Assembly: GCA_020891255.1 (NCBI GenBank)
Contig: BQFW01000001.1
Location: forward strand, 2,232,001-2,296,000
DNA length: 64,000 nucleotides
Direction of reading: 5' to 3'
Origin: Entomortierella parvispora E1425
Lineage: Eukaryota > Fungi > Mortierellomycota
The notes below the pieces were generated by a model, which ran no database searches, was not told the DNA's origin, and worked only from the letters and a program-made list of their open reading frames with translations. The position numbers and the translations under genes were made by a program. This document shows positions 1 to 11,555 of this stretch, piece after piece (the stretch's first letter is position 1; every line of letters begins with the position of its first letter).

Positions 1-70
1 TCAATTGAAACGAACAGTCACTTTGTTGTTGTTAGATCATGTGACGTGACTGCCCCCTCGCCTGCCGCAA

Positions 71-108
71 TGCAGTTTGCAGTTTGCAGTTTGCAGTTTG
101 CAGTTTGC
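71..108. repeat. 7-bp tandem repeat (TGCAGTT)x5 upstream of BRF1
   Basis: tgcagtt repeated five times plus tgc, read directly. Confidence 0.9.
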
Positions 109-423
109 GCCCCCAGCGCAGGCTGCGTTGGTTCGACCCTGTGTGCATCCACGGCCCTTTTTTTTCTTTTTTTTCTTGTTTTCTTGACTTTCCTCCCCTC
201 TCAACCTTGCACACCCTTTGTCTGCGACCTTTCCTTCTCTCTCTTCTCTTTCTTCCTTCCCCCCTTTCCTCTCAATACCCGCTCTTTTCTGACCCTCTGT
301 TCCCCCTGCTCCCTGTCAGCCGACATCTGCTCATTTGGCTCCCTTCCACTTCAAATCAGAAGTGAACCCCTCTCTCCCCATTCATTGACCCTCCTCGAGT
401 ACAACCACTCCTAATATCACATA

Positions 424-3397
424 ATGGCCTGCAGATACTGTGGCGGAAACAGTATCGAGTATGATGCTGGTCAGGGAAACGCAACCTGCACAAACTGTGG
501 AGCCGTAAGTATAACCTTCCCCTCCCCTCTCACTCCTCTCCTACCTTCACTATTGAGATTGAAAAAAAAAAATGCAAAATCCACAATGTCAGACCTCTCA
601 CAATACACTTTTTGATACTGCACCCTTTAGGTTTTGGAAGAAAATACCATTATTGCCGAGATCTCCTTTAACGAGAGCGGAGGAGGGGCTGCATCTGTTG
701 TAGGAACATTTGTGGGCGAAGGCAAAGGTAATCCTCGATCCTCCAGAATCCAACGGTCGTTGTCACGGAGAAATGAAATGGGACCTGCAGGGCTGGATCG
801 TGAGGTTCACTCTTTTTTAACTCGATTTTTTATTTTTTTTTATTTTTATTTTAGCTGGAGCTCGAAGCACAGGTCCAGGACGGAGACAGACAAGTCAGGA
901 ATCCAGAGAAAAGACACTTGAGGCCGCTCGGAGACGTATCCAAGCTATGGCCGTTGCGCTCAAGTTGAACGAGCATCATGCTGATGTTGCTCAGCGCTAT
1001 TTCAATCTTGCCATCACCAACAATTTTATTCAAGGACGAAGAAGCGAGCATGTCGTGGCCTGCTGTCTTTATATTGTTTGTCGTGTGGAGAGGACGACCC
1101 ACATGCTGATCGACTTTTCAGAGCTTCTTCAGGTGAGTCTCAATTTTCAACAAAGCTCTTTGTCGACCCAAAATGTAGAAAATGTTGACAGAAAACTAAG
1201 AAAAAAAGCCTTGCTTCATGATCCACTTTTCAACCCTATTAGCTGAATGTATTCAAATTGGGTGTCACTTTCCTACACCTTTCAAGACAACTCAACCTCC
1301 AACTGCCCCTTGTGGATCCTTCCCTCTATATCTCTCGATTTGCCACCATGCTGGATTTTGGAGAGGATACTCAAAGAGTCGCCAACGATGCACTGCGACT
1401 GGTTTCGCGTATGGATCGTGATTGGATCAGGACAGGTCGTCGGCCAGCTGGAATCTGTGGCGCTTGTCTGCTCATTGCCGCCAGAATGCATCATTACAGA
1501 CGATCGCAACGTGAAATCATTCAGGTCGTGAAGATTGGAGAATCCACGCTCAGGAAACGGTATGTGTGGAAGGCGCGTGGTATCTGTCTCGGACCGTATA
1601 CATGAATGCCGTCATCAACGGAAAAAAACTAATATTTTGTCTCTGTGATGAATATCCCATGAATAGACTGGACGAATTTGCAGCAACACCTTCAGGACAG
1701 CTCACAGTGTCTGATTTCCGGGAACTTTGGCTCGAAGACGCAGCGGATCCACCTGCGTTTGCAAAGACTAGAAAGAGATCGCATTGGGAATTGGGCGAAG
1801 ACGAAGAGGAGGAAGATTTAGTTAACGAGGAGATTATTCGTCGCGGAGAAATGGGCACCTCTAAGATCTCTTTGGCAGGCGTTAAAGAAGGCGCTGAAGA
1901 AGAAGAGCCTGGGCACTTGGTAACGGAAACTACCACTGGCTCGCTCCTTGCCCCTGGGATGAATGTTTCAGCAAATCACTCAAATGGAACTAGCGATGCG
2001 ACTGAAGAACAGGATAGGGAGTCTTCAGAGGAAGGAGCCAAGGAAGAAGGAGAGGAAGAAGAAATGGAAGGAGAAGAAGAAGAAGAAGTAGATGGCGAGG
2101 AAGGCGAAGAAGGCGAAGACGATGCCATGGAAGAAGAAATGGAGGAAGAGATGGACGCCGCCATGGAGAACCCTCTAATCCAGGAAGAACAAGCCCGGTT
2201 AGATGGTAATTTCAACGTCTAAAGTCTTTCAGCAGTACTGTTGTGACGCAAACTATTACACTATTACACTGGAAACTAACTCTTATTGTTGCTCTCTTTC
2301 TGCTTTTGCATGGTCAATAGCTGAGGAAGAGGCTCGAAGACTTATCCCCTATGAGCCTTTGGACGACGTCGATGATGATGAAATTGAAAGTGTGATTTTG
2401 AATGAGGAAGAAGTAAAAATCAAGACTCAGATTTGGATGGAGCTCAACAAGGAGTTTCTTATCGAGCAAGAAGGTAATATTCTCGAATGGAAGGACTTTT
2501 TTTCTTCTATTGGCGATATGATCTAGTTTCCAGGGCAAGACTGACAAATTTCCGCTGCTTTGTTGCTAATAGAGAAGAGAGCTCGTATCGAAATGGAGCA
2601 AAAGATGGGCATCTACCATACCAAGAAAGGAGTACGTTACAATACCTGGAGTTTCAATGACCGCAGTGGTTGCTGTCTTTCTCGTCCTAGTTTTACTGAC
2701 CACTTTTTTTGTCCTTCGTCTTCTCTAGCGTAAGAAAATCAAGCGTCAGGCCCCTGGACCCTCGGCAACAGCTGCCGAGGCAGGAAAGAACATTCTTCAG
2801 CCAAAACTGCCACGACAAAAGTCCAAGAAGATCAACTACTCTGCGCTGGAGACTATGGATGACCTGTTCGATACCAAACCAGTCACTTATGATCACGCGA
2901 CCCCCATCAAATCTGTATTTGAAGAACATACTGTCAAGACACCGGCGGGATCCCGGCAGTCTTCGATGCCGCCAGGTCGGGAAGGGTCGGCCAAACCAGG
3001 ACGTTTGTCCTCTGTTAGCAGACTGATCAAGAAGAGTGGAGGATCCGTCAAGTTTACAAAGTCACCCATCAACAGCAGGACTGTTTCTCGTGAGCAATCG
3101 ATGGTGCGGAGCACTGGTCCTCGGGATAGCCCCATGGCGGCCTATGAGGATGAGGATGATGAAATCATCTCGCCCCCCAAGTCCAGAGCACGTGTGGATC
3201 GCGAAGCTGAGGTGGTCACATCTGCCAGTACTACTCACACAGGCGCAGAAGAAGAAGTGGATGAGGACGAGGAGGTGGCGGAGGATGAAAACGTTGCAGC
3301 ACAGTCTTGGCGGGCACAGCTTGGCTACAATGATGAGCCAGAGGAGGCCAACTACGCTGACGAGTACGATGACTACAACGAGTACACTGAAGATTAA
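424..3397 (+). CDS. BRF1: TFIIIB subunit Brf1 (TFIIB-related factor), about 8 exons
   Basis: N-terminal Zn ribbon CRYCGG...CTNCG. Cyclin-fold repeats ([22 protein letters not shown]; [10 protein letters not shown]; [23 protein letters not shown]). Brf1 C-terminal block ([32 protein letters not shown]; [10 protein letters not shown]). Exons join in frame through GT-AG introns. Confidence 0.95.
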
Positions 3398-3443
3398 AAA
3401 ACAATCGTATCTCTTTGATAATTTATTGCTATTGGGTGTTTTA

Positions 3444-6400
3444 CTATTCCGAATCATCTTCATCTGATCCATTACGAGCCTTGCCCTTCTTGGCCGAACC
3501 TATAACCATAACACGCAAAAAGAAATGATTAGTACATCATGAACGGGATGATAGAATGTATTGGAGGGCAAAGCAGGGCGCCATGATCATATCAATCAAA
3601 GAAACTGCTTCATACCCTTGCCAGCAGGCGCCTTGCGCTTTGCGGAAGTCTTGGTTGGGACCTCGGCCGATGCTGAAGGTGAGGCACTCTCACCGACAGG
3701 TTTCGTTCTGTTCTTTTCCCTGGCACGGGTACAGCTCTGACAGAACCAGTCCACATCAGGGACAACCTTTAAAGAAAAAAAGCAGAGCATGAGATTAGCG
3801 GCAATGTGGGCGGGGCCAAAACTCTTTTGCCAATTGAGAAGACATTGTCTGGTTGTTATTACCTGGAGTCTAGGGACTGTGCAGTGCAAATGGGTTCCAG
3901 AGTCGCATTTGTCACAGAGGAGCATGCTCTCTTCATCCTCGGCGCTAAGACACTCGATACAGTGCTCCTCCACATCCAAGACTGGCCACTTGGGCAAGTC
4001 CTGGATCTTGTCTTGACCAGGCTTGCACAGCATCAATGTCTGGCCCAATCCGCAAGAGACACTGAGCATGGTCAATCCCTCCATAGGACGGACTTTGTCA
4101 GGCTTGGTTGACGATTTCGCTTCACCTTCACCATAGCCAAGTTCACAATGGAGAGCGCCTTGACCCCAGGCGATCGTGCTAGGCTCAAGGGTTGGGAGAG
4201 CGAACAGGGTCACATTGCCGGCAGAGATGTCCTTGAAAGACCAGCCGTTGAGGTCATACAAAGTGCGAGGGTACATCCAAGGAGTTCCTCCGCCACCATC
4301 TCCAGTGGTCTTCCACTTGCCCCAGAGCCACAACTGAGATTGACCTAGAGACAATCCGTTTGGGCAAAAAAAGTTAGGACCGTGCTCTCATATCTGGGTA
4401 AGTTCGCCCTCCTGACGACAGCTAATGACCTACCATCCAAAGCCATGCTGAAGGAGCTTCCAGCAGCGATCTTGGTAGCCTTGGAAATCTTGTTGGATCC
4501 TGCAAATTGGTCAATTGGCATAGGTGTCCACAAATCCTCTTGTTTGGAATGACCCAAGCGACCATATCCGCCAAAGCCCCAAGAGTACACCAAACCTTCC
4601 TTATCACGGACAAGGGTATGGTTGGCGCCACAGGCCACCTCCACAACGAAAGCGTCCTTCAATGCTCCTCCAACGAGCACTATGGTCATAAAATTGAAGT
4701 TTAGTATGCAAAAAAAAAAAAAAATCATTCTAGTCAAGCGTCTCCAGTCACCCTAGAGCAAAGAAATTCATACCAGGGCTGGTTTGAGGAACATGAACAA
4801 GGCGAGTAGAGGTCTGAAAGTACTGTCCATTGGTCTTGTTACCAAGCTAAAAAGTGACAGAGATAAAGTCAGTTCTTGCCCAACATCAATATCAGAGGTA
4901 ATATGTCATGACCAGCCCTGGAGGCCATCATGAAAACACACCTGGCCGAATTCGGGAGAGCCAAACGCGAAGAGCTGTCCCTTGTCAGTCACAACCATGG
5001 TAAAGTCGGAGCCGCAGGCAGCAGAGGTGACCTTTTCCTTGCCCATACTGTTGATGTGCACAAATGAAGGATGATCTTTGTGGTTTGCATTTCCGAGCTG
5101 AAGGTAAATAAAAGCTGGTTGATCAGTTACCTATGCCTACACTGCTGACAAAATACTGCAGGCATGACCAATACACAACCGTACCTGTCCGGCCTTGTTG
5201 TCACCGGCACCGTAGATGGCACCATTCTCTGCCACCAGAATTGTGTGGTGTCTACCGACCTGCCCATTCACCAGTACCAAAGTTAACAAGAGTTTAGTTA
5301 TTTCATGCTCGCAGAATGGTGTACGATCATTTAACAAATTCGCCAACTTACAGCAGCGTCAACAAACTTGAGGTTTGTAGTCTTCTTTCCGACGGTAGTA
5401 TAGATGGTGGGAACCTTCATGGGATATGGATGGGGATCCGTGTCTCCAACGCCCAACTGTCCCTTCTCGTTTCTACAGGGAACGAAGAGTAGATTGTGTG
5501 TGTCAAAAAAAAAAAAAAAAAAAAGGATTCGATCACATTAAACCGATCAACTCTTGAGTATAATACCTTCCGAGAACCCAGACATCACCATCATCTGTGA
5601 AGACAGGGTATTAGTGGTTAATACATAGTAGTAGCAACTAAAGAGACATTGAGCAACTGCGCCCTACCAGTGATGAAGACACAGTGCCCAGCTGTTGGGC
5701 CAGTAATGGCCTTGACGACCCTGAAGTTGGAAGAGGAGTAAGGAAAATGATGTGAGCGATATGTAGGAGATAGGACATTGTTAGGATCTATTTGTTATCC
5801 TCGCAATTACTTCAGGTCGGCAAGTTCACGGATAACGTGGAATGTTTCAAGATGAGGCCTATGTTGCATGAGAAAGGAAAAGGGTAAAATACGGGTAAGG
5901 GTCAGCAGCACAATGAGGGTATATCGGCCAGATATCGATAGAGTCAACGTACAGAATCTCGCGGGTGTCGCCAGGTTTGGGCTTGCGGCCGATCATGTCC
6001 CAGTCTGTAGAAGGGTTGGAAGAGTAGAGTCATTTAGAAAAACTCTCTCGCCCGTAGGGTAATAAAGCAAAATGTCATTTGAAGATGGAGTCATGAAACC
6101 CTACCGACTGCTCCAGCGAGAAGAACCTTGCCTATTGATGCACAAAAGAGAGCGAAAAAAGACCGAGTTAGCGATATGAAGCTGCAATGGTGAAGAGGAA
6201 AAAGGACGGGAAAGAGAGTCGTATTCAGGGAGAGGCGCCGATATTAGTCTTGTGCCTGGAAATCACTTTTGCCGAATCCAGGCACAATGGCTGATCGAGA
6301 ATGGTTGGCTCCACAGTGGTAGAAACGCCACCGACGATGGCCAGAAGGAAAGGGCCCTGGGTGCCTCGAGGTCAAGCGAAACAAAACGAAACAGGCAGCG

Positions 6401-6737
6401 ACGAGCAAAAGAAAGAAAAGCGAGAGCGTTCCTCGATACACAGAATCAGGCCGCAGAGTCCACAGGTAGGACGCGAGGGAGACGCGCAGAGTGCCACCAA
6501 AAAGTTGGCGGCGTCTGCCTAGACTTTTTTTTTTTTTTTTTTTGGATGCATGGGTCAAGGGATGTACAGTGATGGCAAGGGGTGGGGCTGTTTCTGACAG
6601 CATTTTGGCGTCAGGGGACCATGCCAGCAGAGGAGAGCGAGAGACCCGAATGGGACAGGAAGAAGAGTCGGAGAAGGGTGCGGAGAGAGAAGAGCAAACT
6701 TACCCCATGTGGGCGAGTCAGTGGTGGTCGCGGCCAT
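3444..6737 (-). CDS. RCC1-repeat beta-propeller protein (RCC2/TD-60-like) with C-terminal PHD finger
   Basis: Spliced start MAATTTDSPTW-GKVLLAGAV-DWDMIGRK. RCC1 repeats (ACGANHTLVRDKEGLVYSWGFGGYGRLGH; WGQGALHCELGYGE). PHD CIEC...MLLCDKCDSGTHLHC...WFCQSC. Last exon GSAKKGKARNGSDEDDSE*. Many introns; boundaries approximate. Confidence 0.85.
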
Positions 6738-7642
6738 GGTGAGTTGGTGGAGAGAGTTGGGTTGCGTCGTAGCTTGTTCTGGTGACAAGGAGGGAGACGA
6801 GAGAGAGAGAGACAACAGACCAGACGGACCAGTGAAGTTTCGTTTCGAGGGGAGGAGGAGGGAGAAAGCAGGACAATCCGCGCCATAATTGAGTCACGTG
6901 ACTAAATTATGGCTTGGATGTCGCCACAATCTTCGGGGGGAGTGTATTTGCGACTACACAAAGCTATGGATGGGACTATGATCGCCTACAGTTTGTGCTG
7001 CTGGCTAGACAAGACACGGTTCGTTCAAGTTTGATACGTCAAGACCACTGCATAGTCCTACAGATAGAGGAAGTATGAAAAAATCCTCGTAGGGTGGTGC
7101 TTGGGTGATCTTGCCAATAAGGCTTGCCGAAGAGTTCTGAGAGTCCAGGGGTCGGCTTTTGTTTCTAGCGATACCCAAGAGAATGGAGAGCATATGCGAA
7201 TAAGTCAAGAGAAATGTACTATGGTTCATAAGCAGAAGAAGAGATGTGCGGCAAGGTCTGCTATTGGGATGAGATGTTAGTTCCTGTGCTAACATACCCG
7301 TGGGAGAAGGGTGCCATCCTTTTTCTTATCTGGTTCTTGCTTGCGGGCAGGTGAAGGAAGGAGAGAAGGAAAGGATTGAAGGTCGAGAGGAACGCGGGAG
7401 GCCTGCCTTTTTGTACTGTCGACTGCGTTGTTGCTCGTGTTCCCACAGTGATGGGATGCGACCAAGGACACTGATACGTACCACACTGATGCCGCACTGA
7501 TCAAGGCACAAGCTCCGCCAATGAGAGAATTAGGGCGTGGATTGTCCTGGAGCCAGGAGGGGATGAGATACAGTAGGAAGCATTTGCGATGAAATTGTTT
7601 TCCGGGTATCACGTGGCGTCTTTCTTTTCTCTCTCTCTCTGT

Positions 7643-7700
7643 TGTCTGTCGGTCTATCTGTCTGTCGGTCGGTCTGTCTGTCAGTCTGTCTGTCTGTCTG
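7643..7700. repeat. imperfect (TGTC/GGTC)n tetranucleotide microsatellite
   Basis: Run of tgtc/ggtc units read directly. Confidence 0.85.
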
Positions 7701-8871
7701 CCTCGATCGACCAAGGGCTGCAGCAGAGGGCTGTGGTGCTATAATAAAGCTGTCTGCGTGAACTGGCTCAGGCATAGCACATCCTCAGCCAGACACGTCT
7801 CCTACGAGTGAAAGCATGGATCTGCATGGAATGTGAGTGGATACCTGCTGCACTGTCCTAGAGCTTTGTCTCTCATTTCCAGCCAAGAGTGCCCTCGTTC
7901 CGGAATCTTCCTTCCTTCTCAAGGTGGAGTGAGCACCCTATTTCTCCAGAGGGGTCCTCCCCTTGCTTGTCCACGGATCCGATCCCCTTTGCTCAAGTTT
8001 AAATCGATGGCGACGTTTGCCGACATATTGTATCGTACACATACAGGGCTATAGAGTGTGCGAAAAACATTCGATTCCTTCCCACGAGGGCCTTCTCCAG
8101 GATCATTGCCGAGACAACAAAGCATCACCCTTATTGAGTCAGGGTGAGTGTTGTTGTTGTTGAGCCATTGAAAGTCGCCGCCTTTTGCTGCTGCGCTGAA
8201 TATCTGGATAAAATCTTTGAAGTTGAACAAAGTATCCCTGATCCAGGGACATGCAGAAGGTCGTCTCTAGATTCATTGGCGAGGAGGACTGAGACAACAA
8301 TGAGTATCAAGGACCAAGAAACAAAGGATGACAACATGGTGATGCCCTGCACCATTACAAAGAGATCAGCCAGATCAGAACCCAGTACTCCTCCCCCCTG
8401 CCGAAGGAAGAGAAGGTCGTCCACAAGAATAGATCCACCGAGTCCAAGCTACAAAAAAAAAAAAAAATCAAACCAAAAAGTCCGTAAAGGAAACTTCCGG
8501 GTTGGGCAAGGCTGCTGGTAGGCAGACAGACTTTGATTTTTGACAAGCAATTGAGCCGTGTCCTGGTCGACTGAGTCAACAGCCCCTCGCCGTGCAGAGA
8601 GACCAAAGACTCATCGTCCTTCCCCTCATTTTTTTCTCGCGAGTCTGCAGCTGGGGGAGGATGGTTTGAACGTCCGCTCGTGTGCCTTGATTCGACCCAG
8701 ACCTCCTCTCCCAGTGCGATTCTACGCCTGATTCGCATGGAAATTAGGGTTTACTTCCATCGTCTTAAAAAGTGTTTGTTCGTTTTGTTCCTTGCCATTC
8801 TTTTCCCTCTTTCTTTTCTTCTTCTTCACTCTTCCTCACCCCTTTCACCCGCCAACCAAGAAACTATCAAG

Positions 8872-10316
8872 ATGACCTTCGCCACCCCCACCAACTTGGT
8901 CCCTGCCCAGCAGCCCGCTCTTTCCAATGCCTCCGAGGTCCCCGAGGTTGCCTCCTTTAACGTCAAGGCTGGTCTCGCCCAGATGCTCAAGGTAAATCAG
9001 ACCTGGTTTTGTGCTCTCTTTTTTTCCGGAGCGGCTCTTTCTCCCTTTTATGGGGTGAAATGACCAGGCCGTTGAAGAGGCTTCATTTTACGACGCACGC
9101 GCGCGACCCTGGACCCTTTGCCCTCATTGAGAAAACAGGAATCTAAACCTTGCTCATTGCGATTTCATTAGGGAGGTGTCATCATGGATGTCATCAACGT
9201 CGAGCAGGCCCTCATTGCTGAGGAGGCTGGTGCTTGCGCCGTCATGGCTTTGGAGCGCGTCCCCGCTGATATCCGCAAGAACGGTAAGAATTTTTTCTTT
9301 TTCATTGATCGTTTTCGTTGATCGTTCTTACGTTCTTGATCCCTCAAGTGCTGCAGGGGAATGAGTGCTGCTATCGATCTGACTGGACTCATCGATGGCT
9401 TCTTTTTATTCTTTTTCCTTTTGTTTAGGCGGTGTTGCCCGTATGTCCGACCCCCGTATGATCCGCGAGATCATCAACGCCGTCTCCATCCCCGTCATGG
9501 CCAAGGTCCGCATTGGACATATGGTCGAGGCTCAGGTAAAGCACGCAATTGAATCTCAATTTCAATCTTTGATCTGCTTTGGTGGTTGGGAGAAAGCAAA
9601 ATAGACAATGAACATGCCGATGCCAGGAAACCACAACAGTATGAAGAAGTACAAAGGAAAAATCCTTACAATTTGTGTCGTCTCTCTATTTTCAATTCTG
9701 CCAGATCATCGAGTCCCTCGGAGTTGATTACATTGACGAGTCCGAGGTCTTGACCCCCGCTGACGATACCAACCACATCAACAAGCACGACTACAAGGTC
9801 CCCTTCGTCTGCGGCTGCAAGAACCTCGGTGAGGCTCTCCGCCGCATCAACGAGGGTGCTGCCATGATCCGCACCAAGGGTGAGGCCGGTACCGGTAACG
9901 TTGTCGAGGCTGTCCGTCACATGCGCACCGTCAAGTCTGAGATCCGCAAGGCTCAGTTGATGGATGACAACGAGCTCTTCACCTACGCCAAGGAGATCCA
10001 GGCTCCTTACCACTTGCTCAAGGAGACTGCCAAGTTGGGCCGTCTTCCCGTTGTCAACTTTGCTGCCGGTGGTGTTGCCACCCCCGCTGATGCTGCCTTG
10101 ATGATGCAGCTCGGATGCGATGGTGTCTTTGTCGGCTCTGGCATCTTCAAGTCTGGCGACCCAGCCAAGCGTGCCCGTGCCATCGTCCAGGCCGTCACCC
10201 ACTACAAGGACCCCAAGGTCCTTGCTGAGGTCTCTGAGGATCTCGGAGAGGCCATGGTCGGTATCAACATCTCGGACATCCCCAAGGAGCAGCTTTACGC
10301 CTCCCGCGGTTGGTAA
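8872..10316 (+). CDS. SNZ1: Pyridoxal 5'-phosphate synthase subunit PDX1/SNZ
   Basis: [101 protein letters not shown]. Strong C-ending codon bias. Confidence 0.97.
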
Positions 10317-10776
10317 ATTATCTTTCTTTCGAGAAAGAGAATTCAAAGATCACCATCGCAAACACAACAACACCCACATCATCCTTGTATATCAACACGC
10401 AAAAAAAAAAACCTCGCCTTCTCATAGAAATCGACAATGTTAGTACTTCCCACCGCCTCCATTTCACTTTCACCTCGCTGTCTTTCTGTAATAATATAAC
10501 CTCTTTTCAACAAGAAAAAAAAACCAGATCAAGGTGTTGAAGTTTACCCTGCGCCTGCAAGTGTCTTTCCACATGTCAAAGATCCTTCAAACAGGATAAA
10601 AGTGCAGCACCCGTGGGAAATATGAGATGTTAAGGGGCAACCATGGGCTGTGGCACGTGATATCCCGCTTTTCCCCTTTTTTTTTGGCGCTCACACGCGA
10701 CTCCCCTTTCAAAGAGGTTCGCGTCTTCTGTCCCATTCAATTGCATCGCTCTTTCATCTTTAGCTTGTTTATTTAC

Positions 10777-11464
10777 ATGATGTCTTCTTCATTCTTCCTT
10801 CGTGCAGCCGCTCTTGTTGGTACCGAATCCTACCACTGTTTACCTTTCTAGCAGGACCTTCTTAGCAGCAGCTTGATATCCTGAACTTACACCTGTTTTA
10901 TCATTTTTTCTTTCGTACCACACCTTTCATTTTTGTCTAGGTGGTATGGGCGTCATGAGTGCCGCCTACGGTGCCCATGGTCTTTCAAAGCGTGTCAATG
11001 GTGATGAGGGGAAGGTCAAGGTAACCTCAACTGTTAAAATCTTGAGAAGCGATGTAGAGAGAAAGCATGTTTACCAGGAACTCGACAAAAAAAAAAAAAA
11101 AAAAAAAAAAAAACAATACGGCGACCGTTCGACTGCGCAGCCCAGGCAAAACAAACGACTTAACTCGGCCATGTCCCAACGCTCCTTTTTCTCTGTTGTT
11201 TAGTCCTGGAACACTGCTGCGAACATCCAGATGATCCAAGCTGTCGCTTTGTTGGCCATCTCTCAATCGCCAGCCTTGATGGCCAAGGCTAGCGGGCGCT
11301 ATGGCGCTTCCTTGATTCTTCTCGGCACCACCTTGTTCTCTGGCTCGATCTATGGTTTGATCTTGGATCAAGAAAAGACCATTGCCCGTGCCTTGAAGCT
11401 GGGACCCATGACCCCCCTTGGTGGATTGACTTTGATCTGCGGATGGTTTGCCTTGGCCCTCTAA
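10777..11464 (+). CDS. TMEM256: DUF423/TMEM256-family small membrane protein (3 exons)
   Basis: Spliced AAALVGGMGVMSAAYGAHGL...SWNTAANIQMIQAVALL...GTTLFSGSIYGL...GPMTPLGGLTLICGW matches the DUF423 pattern. Confidence 0.85.
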
Positions 11465-11555
11465 GACTACTTCAACTGACGTAGACCATACATACAACTT
11501 CAAAAAAAAAAAAAAAAAAAGGCAATCTTTATCATCATTTTTATTGTCCGCCCTT

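Noticed and set aside
6900-8800. Possible SNO/PDX2 glutaminase gene divergent from SNZ1, as in many fungi
   Set aside because: No GVLALQG, PGGEST, GTCAG or FHPE motifs in any frame. The region looks like intergenic DNA with a microsatellite.
9666-10346. Long antisense ORFs over SNZ1 (also over RPC1 at 31567-32613 and 33237-34622, and PCNA at 62256-63180)
   Set aside because: Shadow ORFs caused by the biased codon usage of the sense genes.
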